A stretch of DNA of 64,000 nt from Actinophytocola gossypii (GTDB lineage: Bacteria > Actinomycetota > Actinomycetes > Mycobacteriales > Pseudonocardiaceae): the NCBI RefSeq assembly GCF_025165815.1, contig NZ_JAFFZE010000016.1, forward strand, positions 214,047 through 278,046, written 5' to 3'. Below are positions 29,101-36,674 of this stretch, piece by piece. The position numbers were made by a program, and so were the translations under genes. Positions within the stretch are counted from its first letter, which is position 1. The number at the start of each line of letters is the position of its first letter. The notes under the pieces were generated by a model. The model searched no databases, was not told where the DNA came from, and worked only from the letters and a program-made list of their open reading frames with translations.

Positions 29101-31020
29101 CTCGCCCAGCCGCTCGCCGACGGGCCCGGCCTCGGCGACCGTCGCGATCGCCTCGGCGTCGGCGACCAGCGCGGCGACCCGCTCGTGGTAGCCGGTGAAC
29201 GCGTCCGGGCCGCGCAGGAACTCCACCGCGCGCCCGGCGGTCGCGTCCAGCTCGGCCGACAGCAGCTCGGCCAGCTCGTCGATCCGCGTGGTGTCGACAT
29301 ACCGCAGCTCACGCAGGGTGACCAGCCTGCCCTGTGCGCGGCGCAGCTCGGCGAGCTGGGCCACCCACTGGTCGGCGGTCTTCGGCGCCTCGCCGCGCGC
29401 CCGCCGCACCAGCGACCGGATCTCCCCGTCGGCCTCGGCGAGGGCCTTCGCCGACGACGCGGTCAGCTCCTGCACGGTCTCGAACTCGGCCAGCACCTGC
29501 TCGGCGGTGGCACGCACGTCGGCGACCGGGGTGCGCAGGTCGCCCAGCTCCGGCTCGCCGAGCCAGTGGTAGCTGTCGAACGCCCTGGTGCACGCGGCGA
29601 TCAGGCCCTCGAACATCGCCGTCGACGGGGACATCTCGCCGACCATCCTGGCCACCGACAGGCAGTCGGAGACGCCACGCACCAGGTCGGCGTTGCCGAT
29701 CCGTTCCAGCGGGCCGGTGCCGACCGGCTGCGCGGCGGCGTAGCTGTCCGATGTGTACGGTGTCTGCCACACCTGCATCGGGTGCACCCGCGTGGGTTCC
29801 TCCGAATCGGCGCGGAACGCGACCAGCGTGCCGTCGTCGAACAGCGAGTACCCGTGGCAGGGCAGCGGGGTGGCGACCTCCTTGCGGATCACGTTGTACG
29901 GCAACAGGAGCGTGCGGCCCTCCCGCCGGGCGTGGAAGACGTAGAGCACGTCCTCGCCGTTGGGCGACCGGACGACCCCCTCGAACTCCAGGTCGTCGGT
30001 GTCGGTGTCGAAGGTCCTGGACGCGCCGGTGGCCAGGTAGTAGCCGCCGGGGAAGATGAGCCCCTGGTCCTCGGGCAGCCGCTGGCACGCCTGCCCGATG
30101 CCGTCGAGCCGCACCACCGACCTGGTGCGGGTGTTGAAGACCAGGTACCGCCAGACCGTCTCGTTGTAGGGCAGGATCTTCAGCAGGATCAGCGGGCCGA
30201 CCCTGGCGTGGTACACGGCGGCGTCGGCGAGGCTCTGCAGCGGCTCGTCCACCGGCTCGGAGTAGACGCCCTCGCCGGACTCGGTGTTGTTCTCCACCTT
30301 GATGGTGAGGTCGCCGTTCAGCGTCTCGATGAACACCTCGTCGCCGATCGAGATGTGCGGGTGCCGGCCGAGCACGTGGTCGTCCCGCGTGGTCTCGGTC
30401 CACTCGAAGTCGTGCGACGCCGGGAAGACGTGATCGCGCTCGCCCGCGTTGTCCAGATAGGACACCGTGCCGTTCGGGTCGATCCGCCAGCGCAGCACCT
30501 TGATGTCCTCGGTGCGCGGGCCGGTCTGGAACACCGCGAGCAGCTTGCCCTCAACCGGGCGCAGCTGCAGCAGCCTGGTCTCCCGGTAGTAGCGGTACAG
30601 CTCGGTGAAGTCGCGGCGGAACCGCTCGTCCCGCAACAGCTCCGGCCGCTCGTCGGCGCCCGCGTCGGCGAACCGGAACGCGTCGCCGTCCCGGGTGAAC
30701 CGGTGCAGCGAGAACACGTCCTCGATCGTGGTCTCCGGCTTGAGGCCGATGAACACGTTGTAGCCGAACAACATCAGCCCACGGGTACCGTCCTGGATGG
30801 ACAGGATGTCGCGCGGAACGCAGTTGTTGACGGTGCGGATCCGCTCGGCACCGACCAGCCGCAGCTCGGTGCTGCCGAACACCTCGAGCCGCCGCGCGTT
30901 GAGCGCCTCCGCGCGGCGGGCCAGCTCCCCGGCCTGTTCGGCGAGCCGGGCGCGCAGCACCTCGTAGGTGCGCGCGTCCAGCCCGTCCACGGTGGCCGGG
31001 GCCTCCTCGGTCGTCGTCAC
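26113..31020 (-). CDS. giant (1635 aa) flotillin-associated protein with a C-terminal AAA+ ATPase module
   Basis: Walker A SPPGYGKTT, Walker B LLYLDDI, sensor CMAGNP at about residues 1150-1400. Long predicted helical/coiled-coil middle region and a beta-rich N-terminal 400 aa without recognisable motifs. GTG start overlaps the flotillin TGA. Confidence 0.8.
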   Translation of the reverse strand: MTTTEEAPATVDGLDARTYEVLRARLAEQAGELARRAEALNARRLEVFGSTELRLVGAERIRTVNNCVPRDILSIQDGTRGLMLFGYNVFIGLKPETTIEDVFSLHRFTRDGDAFRFADAGADERPELLRDERFRRDFTELYRYYRETRLLQLRPVEGKLLAVFQTGPRTEDIKVLRWRIDPNGTVSYLDNAGERDHVFPASHDFEWTETTRDDHVLGRHPHISIGDEVFIETLNGDLTIKVENNTESGEGVYSEPVDEPLQSLADAAVYHARVGPLILLKILPYNETVWRYLVFNTRTRSVVRLDGIGQACQRLPEDQGLIFPGGYYLATGASRTFDTDTDDLEFEGVVRSPNGEDVLYVFHARREGRTLLLPYNVIRKEVATPLPCHGYSLFDDGTLVAFRADSEEPTRVHPMQVWQTPYTSDSYAAAQPVGTGPLERIGNADLVRGVSDCLSVARMVGEMSPSTAMFEGLIAACTRAFDSYHWLGEPELGDLRTPVADVRATAEQVLAEFETVQELTASSAKALAEADGEIRSLVRRARGEAPKTADQWVAQLAELRRAQGRLVTLRELRYVDTTRIDELAELLSAELDATAGRAVEFLRGPDAFTGYHERVAALVADAEAIATVAEAGPVGERLGEQAAALEIVTEVVGGLEIADATVRTGILERIGEVLGGVNRARATLDGRRRELLSTEGRAAFAAEFALLGQAITGALAVADTPRRCDDGLGTLLLRLENLESRFAEFDDFLAELAEKRTEVYEAFSSRKQSLVDEQARRADRLVDSAERVLTSVNRRVATLSSVDEVNTYFASDPMVAKVRAVADELRTLDDSVRAEELAGRLKAARQEAGRSLRDRADLFGDGGETVRFGRHRFAVNTQAVDLTLVPKDGEMALAVTGTDFREPLADPEFAATRPFWDQSLVSESAEVYRAEYLAASMLADVPPDTPPDDLLDLVRAAAEARYDEGYERGVHDHDAAAILATLLRLSAGAGLLRYPPDARAAAQLFWAFGTDEPARQRWSTRAGSLARARSAFGPVPAIADLCTELAAAMAEFHRATGLGEPPALAAEYLVEELASTPLGFVTSAAARTLVERFRRALGDRTDFDDDLRALGDDLAARHQLAHAWLAAFLPTVDGRPDDLPEAVAIELCGSTLPRHDSSAPLSSTVESLLGAHPRIVDRGLEVRVDELLTRTRRFRDETVPAYRAYQRRRNDLVARERARLRLDEFRPTVMSAFVRNRLLDEVYLPLIGDNLAKQLGATGEGKRTDQMGLLLLISPPGYGKTTLMEYVANRLGLVFVKVNGPALGHDVTSLDPADAPNATARQEVEKISFALELGNNVLLYLDDIQHTNPELLQKFISLCDAQRRMEGVWRGRTRTYDLRGKRFAVCMAGNPYTEQGKRFRIPDMLANRADVWNLGDVLSGKDELFALSYIENSLTSNEVLAPLSTRERSDIELLVRLARGDESVRADSLTHPYSSVELEQVLSVLRKLLRVQQVVLANNKAYIASAAQADASRTEPPFLLQGSYRNMNKLAERIVPVMNDAELESMIDDHYLGEAQTLTAGAEANLLKLAELRGRLTEEQAARWSDVKAAYLRDKALGGTAEDPMTRAIGAVGLLADRVAAVESAITRAVNREPT

Positions 31021-32984
31021 GGCTTGGGCGCGACCGCGGCCGCCGCGTCGTCACCGACGGTCACCGGCAGCGTCTTCAGGTCGACGCCGTCGCGCACCAT
31101 CTTCATCAGCATGGCCGACATCGAGAGGTTCTTGACGTCGTCGGTGCCCATCGAGCCGAGGATCTGCTTGACGTCGTCGGTGAAGTCGGCCGACCCGTTC
31201 AGCCACGGCCCGGCGAGCGTCCGCGCCACGTCGGAGTGCTCGACGAACCCGTCGACGCCCTTGCCGAGCGCGATCGAGCCCATCAGCTTGTCGAAGAACA
31301 CCGAGTCGCCGCCGACGATGTCGATGTCGGCCTGCTCCAGGCCCTTCGCGAGCACGGCGGCTTGGGCCTCGGCGACCTCGCGCTGCGCGGTGATGCCGGC
31401 CATCCGGACGTCCTTCTCGGTCTCCAGGCGGAGCCGGAACTCCTCGTGCGCGCGGGAGGTGTCGTCCAGCGCGGCGAGCGCGGCGGCCTTCTCGGTGAGG
31501 CCCTCGGCCTCGCCCTTGAGCCGCTCGCGCAGCGCGTCCGCGCCGGCCAGCGCCTTCTCCCGGATCACGACGGACTCCGCGCGGCCCTCCTTCTCGATGA
31601 CCTCAGCACCGCGCTCGCGCACCTGCACGTCGGCCAGGCCCTCGGCCGCGGCCTCGGCCTGGACGCCCTCGGCGAGCCGGATCTTCGCCGCGGCCTCCAG
31701 CTCGGCGGCCTGCCGGCCGGCCTCGGCGAGCTCCAGCTGCTCGCGCGCCTTGTGCTTGGCGGCGGCCTCCGCGGCCTCGGCCGCCTTGATGTCCTTGACC
31801 AGGTTCTCCTGGGCCTCGGCCTCCGCGCGGATGACGATGGCCTGGCGCTCCCGCTCGGCCTCCTCGACCGCGCGCAGCCGCTTGATGTTCTCCTCCTGCT
31901 CGGCGACCGTCCGGTCGACCGCGACCCGCTCCCGCACGACCTCGGCGACCGAGCGCTTCTCGACCTCGACCTCCTTGTCCTTGGCGGTGTTGGCCATCGC
32001 GATCTCCCGCTCGCGGGCGACGACCTCGAGCTGCCGGTCCTTCTCGATCCGCTCGGTCTCGATGGCGATGACCCGCTCGCGGTTCTTCTCCGCGACGGCG
32101 ACCTCGCGGGCGCGGTTCTGGTCCTGGATGCCGAGCTGCTCGTCGGTGCGCAGGTTCGCGGTCTGGGCCTTGAGCCGCTCCTCGGCCTGGACCTTGGCGG
32201 TCTCGGCCTCCTCGCGGGCCTTCATGGTCTCGATCTCGCGGCGCTGCCGGTTCTCCGCGTCGGCCTGCCGGCGCTCCAGCTCGAGGATGGCCTCGCGCGC
32301 GTCGACGTTCTGCCGGGTGATCTCCTTCTCCTCGTTGCGGGTGAACTCGTTGGTGCGCACGTGCTCGATCGCGGTCAGCTCGGTGATCTTGCGGATGCCC
32401 TGCGCGTCGAGGATGTTGTTGGTGTCCAGTTGGGACAGCGGGGTCTGCTCGAGGAAGTCGATCGCCGCGTCCTCGAGGCTGTACCCGTTGAGGTCGGTCC
32501 CGATGACCGCGAGGATGCGGTCCCGGAACTCGTCGCGCTTGGTGTAGAGGTCGACGAAGTCGAGGTGCTTGCCGACGGTCTTGAGCGCCTCGGAGAACTT
32601 GGCGTTGAACAGCTCCTGCAGGGTAATCTGGTCCGACGCCCGCTCGGTCCCGATCGCCTGCGCGACCTTGATGACGTCCTCACTGGTCTTGTTGACCCGG
32701 ACGAAGAACGTGATCCGGATGTCCGCCCGGATGTTGTCCTGGCAGATCAGCCCTTCGTGGCCGGTGCGCTCGATCTCGATGGTCTTGACGGAGATGTCCA
32801 TGTACTCCGCCTTGTGCAGCACCGGAAGCACGACGGCCCCGGTGAACGTGACATGCACGTTCCGCACCTTCGAGACGATGAGCGCCTTCCCCTGCTCCAC
32901 CTTGCGGAAGAGCCGGCTGATGGCGATCAGCAGAATGAGCGCGACGGCGAGCACCACGCCGACCGCGATGAAGATAGCCTCCAT
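31017..32984 (-). CDS. flotillin family SPFH/band-7 protein (FloT/YqiK-like)
   Basis: N-terminal TM helix, SPFH domain and a long E/A/R-rich coiled coil (EA repeats). 655 aa, ATG preceded by AAAGG. Confidence 0.9.
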   Translation of the reverse strand: MEAIFIAVGVVLAVALILLIAISRLFRKVEQGKALIVSKVRNVHVTFTGAVVLPVLHKAEYMDISVKTIEIERTGHEGLICQDNIRADIRITFFVRVNKTSEDVIKVAQAIGTERASDQITLQELFNAKFSEALKTVGKHLDFVDLYTKRDEFRDRILAVIGTDLNGYSLEDAAIDFLEQTPLSQLDTNNILDAQGIRKITELTAIEHVRTNEFTRNEEKEITRQNVDAREAILELERRQADAENRQRREIETMKAREEAETAKVQAEERLKAQTANLRTDEQLGIQDQNRAREVAVAEKNRERVIAIETERIEKDRQLEVVAREREIAMANTAKDKEVEVEKRSVAEVVRERVAVDRTVAEQEENIKRLRAVEEAERERQAIVIRAEAEAQENLVKDIKAAEAAEAAAKHKAREQLELAEAGRQAAELEAAAKIRLAEGVQAEAAAEGLADVQVRERGAEVIEKEGRAESVVIREKALAGADALRERLKGEAEGLTEKAAALAALDDTSRAHEEFRLRLETEKDVRMAGITAQREVAEAQAAVLAKGLEQADIDIVGGDSVFFDKLMGSIALGKGVDGFVEHSDVARTLAGPWLNGSADFTDDVKQILGSMGTDDVKNLSMSAMLMKMVRDGVDLKTLPVTVGDDAAAAVAPKP

Positions 32985-32997
32985 AGTGGACCTTTCG

Positions 32998-33573
32998 TCA
33001 AGCCGGCGCGACCCAGAAGAACTCGCCGTCGGTGTCGTAGTCGAAGATCAGCGCCCGGTGCCCGGCGGCGAGCGCGTGCTCCCCGGTCTGCCGAACCTGG
33101 ACGATCGCGGAGGACCCGTCCGCGGCGGTGACCTCGGCCTGCCCGAAGTCCGCCGAGACCCGCCCGGTCCGAATCACGCACTCCCGCCCGACGAAGTCGC
33201 TGCGCGAGGCTTCCGTGGTGGTGGTGTAGAGGCGCCGCAACGGCACCGCGACCACCCGCGCGGCGAGCAGCCCCAGGAACAGGGCCACGAGCAGCACCCC
33301 GATCCCCACCAGCACGTTCCCGCCGAGGAGCACCCCACCCACCAGCGAGACGAACCACGCCACCACGACCAGCACGGACAACGTCACGGTGACCGGAACG
33401 CCGCCGAGCCCCACCCCGTCGAGCAACCCGCCGTCGTCGCCCCCGTCGCCACCGGCCAGCTCGACGTCGAACGTGCCGAGCAGCACGAGCACCCAGTACA
33501 GAACGACGACGACGAGCAGGAAACTGAGCAGGACGGCCGGAAAGGACAACGCGGCATCGACGAACTCGGCCAT
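32998..33573 (-). CDS. NfeD-like membrane protein (short YuaF/YqiJ type) with C-terminal OB-fold
   Basis: TM helices followed by a C-terminal beta domain (ECVIRTGRVSADFGQAEVTAADGSSAIVQVRQ). Sits 13 nt upstream of the flotillin gene in the classic nfeD-flotillin arrangement. Start at the internal ATG (MAEFVDA). Confidence 0.7.
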   Translation of the reverse strand: MAEFVDAALSFPAVLLSFLLVVVVLYWVLVLLGTFDVELAGGDGGDDGGLLDGVGLGGVPVTVTLSVLVVVAWFVSLVGGVLLGGNVLVGIGVLLVALFLGLLAARVVAVPLRRLYTTTTEASRSDFVGRECVIRTGRVSADFGQAEVTAADGSSAIVQVRQTGEHALAAGHRALIFDYDTDGEFFWVAPA

Positions 33574-33867
33574 GGTGCCTCCCCTGAACCCCTGCTGGCC
33601 GGACTCTACCCAGCTCGAACGCCCGCCGACGACGAAACGACAAAACTTCACCAGGCCGAGGGCAGCCTCACATGCGCACGACCACCGGATCGAGGATCGT
33701 CACCAACGCCCCGGGATCGGCCGTGCGCGAACTGTGACGGGAGGCGCGGATGTCGCCGTGGGACGCGTCCGAACCTCGAGTCCTCTGTGGAGCTGCGAAA
33801 CACCTGCTGCTAGTCGTCGTCGAGTTCCACGCCTTCGAGCGCGGATCATACCCAGGTGGCGTGGTCG

Positions 33868-34503
33868 TCACCGGAGTTCGCGTACCGGTGCGCCTCGGGT
33901 GATCACGATGACGTTGTCGATCACCGTGGCGCGGCGGCCGTCGGGGCCGGTGGCCTCGCGGGGGCGGCGTTCCAGGACGGCCGCGTGGCAGTCGGCGGGT
34001 AGGTCGATCCCGGTCGCGACCTCTTCGGGGGTGGGGTAGCGGAAGTCCGGGCTCGGTTCCCAGCCCCACGGGCGGGTCGAGCCGTGGTCGACGATCACCA
34101 GGCGGCCGCCGGGGCGCAGCCGGCCGGCGGCCGTGGCGAACACGGCCGAGCGGGGGAAGTCCAGCGGGGTGTGCAGGTACAGGGCCGCGATCAGGTCGAA
34201 CTCGCCAGTGGGAAAGCTGTGTGCGAGGTCGTGTCGCTGGGCGTCGATCGGCAGGCCGGCGGCCGCGGCTCGTTCGGTCACTCGCTCGACGGCGGTGGCG
34301 GACACGTCGACCGCCGTCACCGTCCAGTCGCGTTCGGCCAGCCAGAGGGAGTCGGTTCCGTTGCCGCAGGCCAGTTCCAGCGCCCGGCCGGGTGACAGGT
34401 CCGCGACGAGGTCGGCGAGCACCGGGTTCGGTGTGCCCGCGGCGGCGCGGCGGCTGTAGTGGTTGTCCCAGAACACTTGTGCGTCGGTCGTCATGACGGA
34501 CAC
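33868..34503 (-). CDS. class I SAM-dependent methyltransferase
   Basis: SAM motif LELACGNGTDSLWLA followed by VTAVDVS. Confidence 0.75.
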   Translation of the reverse strand: MSVMTTDAQVFWDNHYSRRAAAGTPNPVLADLVADLSPGRALELACGNGTDSLWLAERDWTVTAVDVSATAVERVTERAAAAGLPIDAQRHDLAHSFPTGEFDLIAALYLHTPLDFPRSAVFATAAGRLRPGGRLVIVDHGSTRPWGWEPSPDFRYPTPEEVATGIDLPADCHAAVLERRPREATGPDGRRATVIDNVIVITRGAPVRELR

Positions 34504-34562
34504 TCTCCGCGCGGGGTGACCAGGGTTGCAACGTATGTTGCCGGTTCGGCAAGCTGGGGCGT

Positions 34563-35141
34563 ATGGACGAGCTCGCGGACGTGTTGGCGGCGGTCGGGCC
34601 GAGGCTGCGCGCGCTGCGCCGGAAGCGCGGGGTCACCCTCGCCGACCTGGCCGAGAGCACGGGCATCTCGGAGAGCACGCTGTCCCGCCTGGAGAGCGGG
34701 CAGCGACGACCCAACCTGGAGCTGCTGCTGCCGCTGGCCAGCGCCTACGGCGTCCCGCTCGACGAACTGGTCGGCGCCCCGCAGACCGGCGACCCGCGCG
34801 TCCACCTGCGGCCGGTGCGCCGAGGCGACATGACCTACATCCCGTTGAGCAGGCGCGCCGGCGGGCTGCAGGCGTTCAAGATGATCATCCCAGTGCGGCC
34901 GGACAGCGGCGAGCCGGAGCCGCGCAGCCACGAGGGCTACGAGTGGCTCTACGTCATCGACGGCACCCTGCGGCTCATCCTGGGCGACCGCGACCTGCGG
35001 CTCAAGCCGGGCGAGGCGGCGGAGTTCGACACCCACCTGCCGCACTGGCTCGGCTCGGCCGGCCCTGGCCCGGTCGAGCTGCTCATCCTCGCCGGTCCGC
35101 AGGGGGAACGCGCCCACCTGCGCGCCCGCGCCGGCCGCTAG
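34563..35141 (+). CDS. XRE-family HTH transcriptional regulator with C-terminal cupin sensor domain
   Basis: HTH_3 (VTLADLAESTGISESTLSRLESGQRRP) plus cupin_2 (YEWLYVIDGTLRL...GEAAEFDTHLPH). Divergent from the methyltransferase; upstream of the Mo-hydroxylase operon. Confidence 0.8.
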   Translation: MDELADVLAAVGPRLRALRRKRGVTLADLAESTGISESTLSRLESGQRRPNLELLLPLASAYGVPLDELVGAPQTGDPRVHLRPVRRGDMTYIPLSRRAGGLQAFKMIIPVRPDSGEPEPRSHEGYEWLYVIDGTLRLILGDRDLRLKPGEAAEFDTHLPHWLGSAGPGPVELLILAGPQGERAHLRARAGR

Positions 35142-35178
35142 GGCGTGTGGAGCGTCACGGAGTGGGAACCCGACCCGC

Positions 35179-35676
35179 ATGGACTCCGAGATCGGCCTGC
35201 GCGTGGACGGGACGCCACGCCGGCTCACCGTCGACACCCGCACCACACTGCTCGACGCCCTGCGCGAGCGCCTCGGCGTGACCAGCCCGAAGAAGGGCTG
35301 CGACCACGGCCAGTGCGGCGCCTGCACCGTCCTGGTCGACGGCCGCCGCGTGCTCAGCTGCCTGACCCTCGCGGTCGCCAGGGACGGCGCCGAGGTGGTG
35401 ACCGCCGAGGGGCTGGCCCCGGACGGCGAGCTGCACCCCGTGCAGCGGGCGTTCATCGACCGGGACGCGTTCCAGTGCGGGTACTGCACGCCCGGCCAGG
35501 TCGTCTCGGCGGTCGGGATGCTCGACGAGCTCGACCGGGGCTGGCCGAGCGCGGCGACCGGCACCGGCGAACCCGAGCTGGACGACGCCGAGATCGCCGA
35601 GCGGATGAGCGGCAACCTGTGCCGCTGCGCCGCCTACGCCAACATCGTGCCCGCCGTCCGGGAGGCCGGGCGATGA
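35179..35676 (+). CDS. (2Fe-2S)-binding small subunit of xanthine dehydrogenase / CO dehydrogenase family molybdenum hydroxylase (CoxS-like)
   Basis: Two [2Fe-2S] cysteine clusters (CDHGQCGACTV... and QCGYCTPG...CRCAAY). Confidence 0.9.
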   Translation: MDSEIGLRVDGTPRRLTVDTRTTLLDALRERLGVTSPKKGCDHGQCGACTVLVDGRRVLSCLTLAVARDGAEVVTAEGLAPDGELHPVQRAFIDRDAFQCGYCTPGQVVSAVGMLDELDRGWPSAATGTGEPELDDAEIAERMSGNLCRCAAYANIVPAVREAGR

Positions 35677-36674
35677 GGCCGTTCACCTACCAGGCACCCG
35701 CCGACGCGGCGTCCGCCGTGCGGGCCGTCACGCGGGACCCGACCGCGGTGTTCCTCGGCGGCGGCACGAACCTGGTCGACCACCTCAAGCTCGGCATCCT
35801 CGATCCCGGGCTGGTCGTGGACGTCACCGGGCTCGCCTCGGTCGAGATCACCGACCTCGGTGGCGGCGCGCTGCGGGTCGGCGCGGGGGTGCCGAACAGC
35901 GACCTGGCCGCCGACCCCCTGGTCCGCGAGCGGTTCCCGGTGCTGTCCCAGGCGCTGCTCGCCGGCGCCTCCGGGCAGCTGCGCAACATGGCCACCACCG
36001 GCGGCAACCCGTTGCAGCGCACCCGGTGCGTCTACTTCCAGGACGTCACCACGCCGTGCAACAAGCGCGAGCCCGGCTCCGGCTGCTCGGCGATCGGTGG
36101 CTGGACCCGCAACCACGCGATCCTCGGCGCGTCCGCGCACTGCATCGCCACCCACCCGTCCGACCTGGCGGTGGCACTCGCCGCGCTGGACGCCGAGGTG
36201 CGGGTGCTCGGCCAGGACGGCGAGCGCGTGATCCCGTTCACCGACCTGCACCGGCTGCCCGGCGACCACCCTGAGCACGACACCGTGCTCGGCCACGGCG
36301 ACCTGATCACCGCGATCGACCTGCCGGCCAGGCCGATCGCCCGGCGTTCGGCGTACCGGAAGGTGCGCGACCGGGCGTCGTACGCGTTCGCACTGGTCAG
36401 CGTGGCCGCCGCGGTCGAGGTCGACGGCGGGGTGGTGCGGGACGCCCGGATCGCGTTCGGCGGCGTCGCGCACAAGCCGTGGCGGGCGTACCGGGCCGAG
36501 GAGGCGCTGCGCGGGGCCACCGCGGCCGACGACAGCTACCGCGCCGCGGCCGACGCCGAGCTCGCCGACGCCGTCGCCCAGGACGGGCTGGACGGCGGGA
36601 ACGCGTTCAAGATCCCGCTGCTGCGCCGCACCCTCGTCGCCACCCTCCGCGACCTGGCCCGGGAGGACGCCTGA
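35673..36674 (+). CDS. FAD-binding medium subunit of molybdenum hydroxylase (CoxM-like)
   Basis: FAD_binding_5 pattern (LGGGTNLVD, HCIATHPSD), CO-dehydrogenase flavoprotein C-terminal pattern. ATGA overlap with the upstream gene. Confidence 0.85.
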   Translation: MRPFTYQAPADAASAVRAVTRDPTAVFLGGGTNLVDHLKLGILDPGLVVDVTGLASVEITDLGGGALRVGAGVPNSDLAADPLVRERFPVLSQALLAGASGQLRNMATTGGNPLQRTRCVYFQDVTTPCNKREPGSGCSAIGGWTRNHAILGASAHCIATHPSDLAVALAALDAEVRVLGQDGERVIPFTDLHRLPGDHPEHDTVLGHGDLITAIDLPARPIARRSAYRKVRDRASYAFALVSVAAAVEVDGGVVRDARIAFGGVAHKPWRAYRAEEALRGATAADDSYRAAADAELADAVAQDGLDGGNAFKIPLLRRTLVATLRDLAREDA

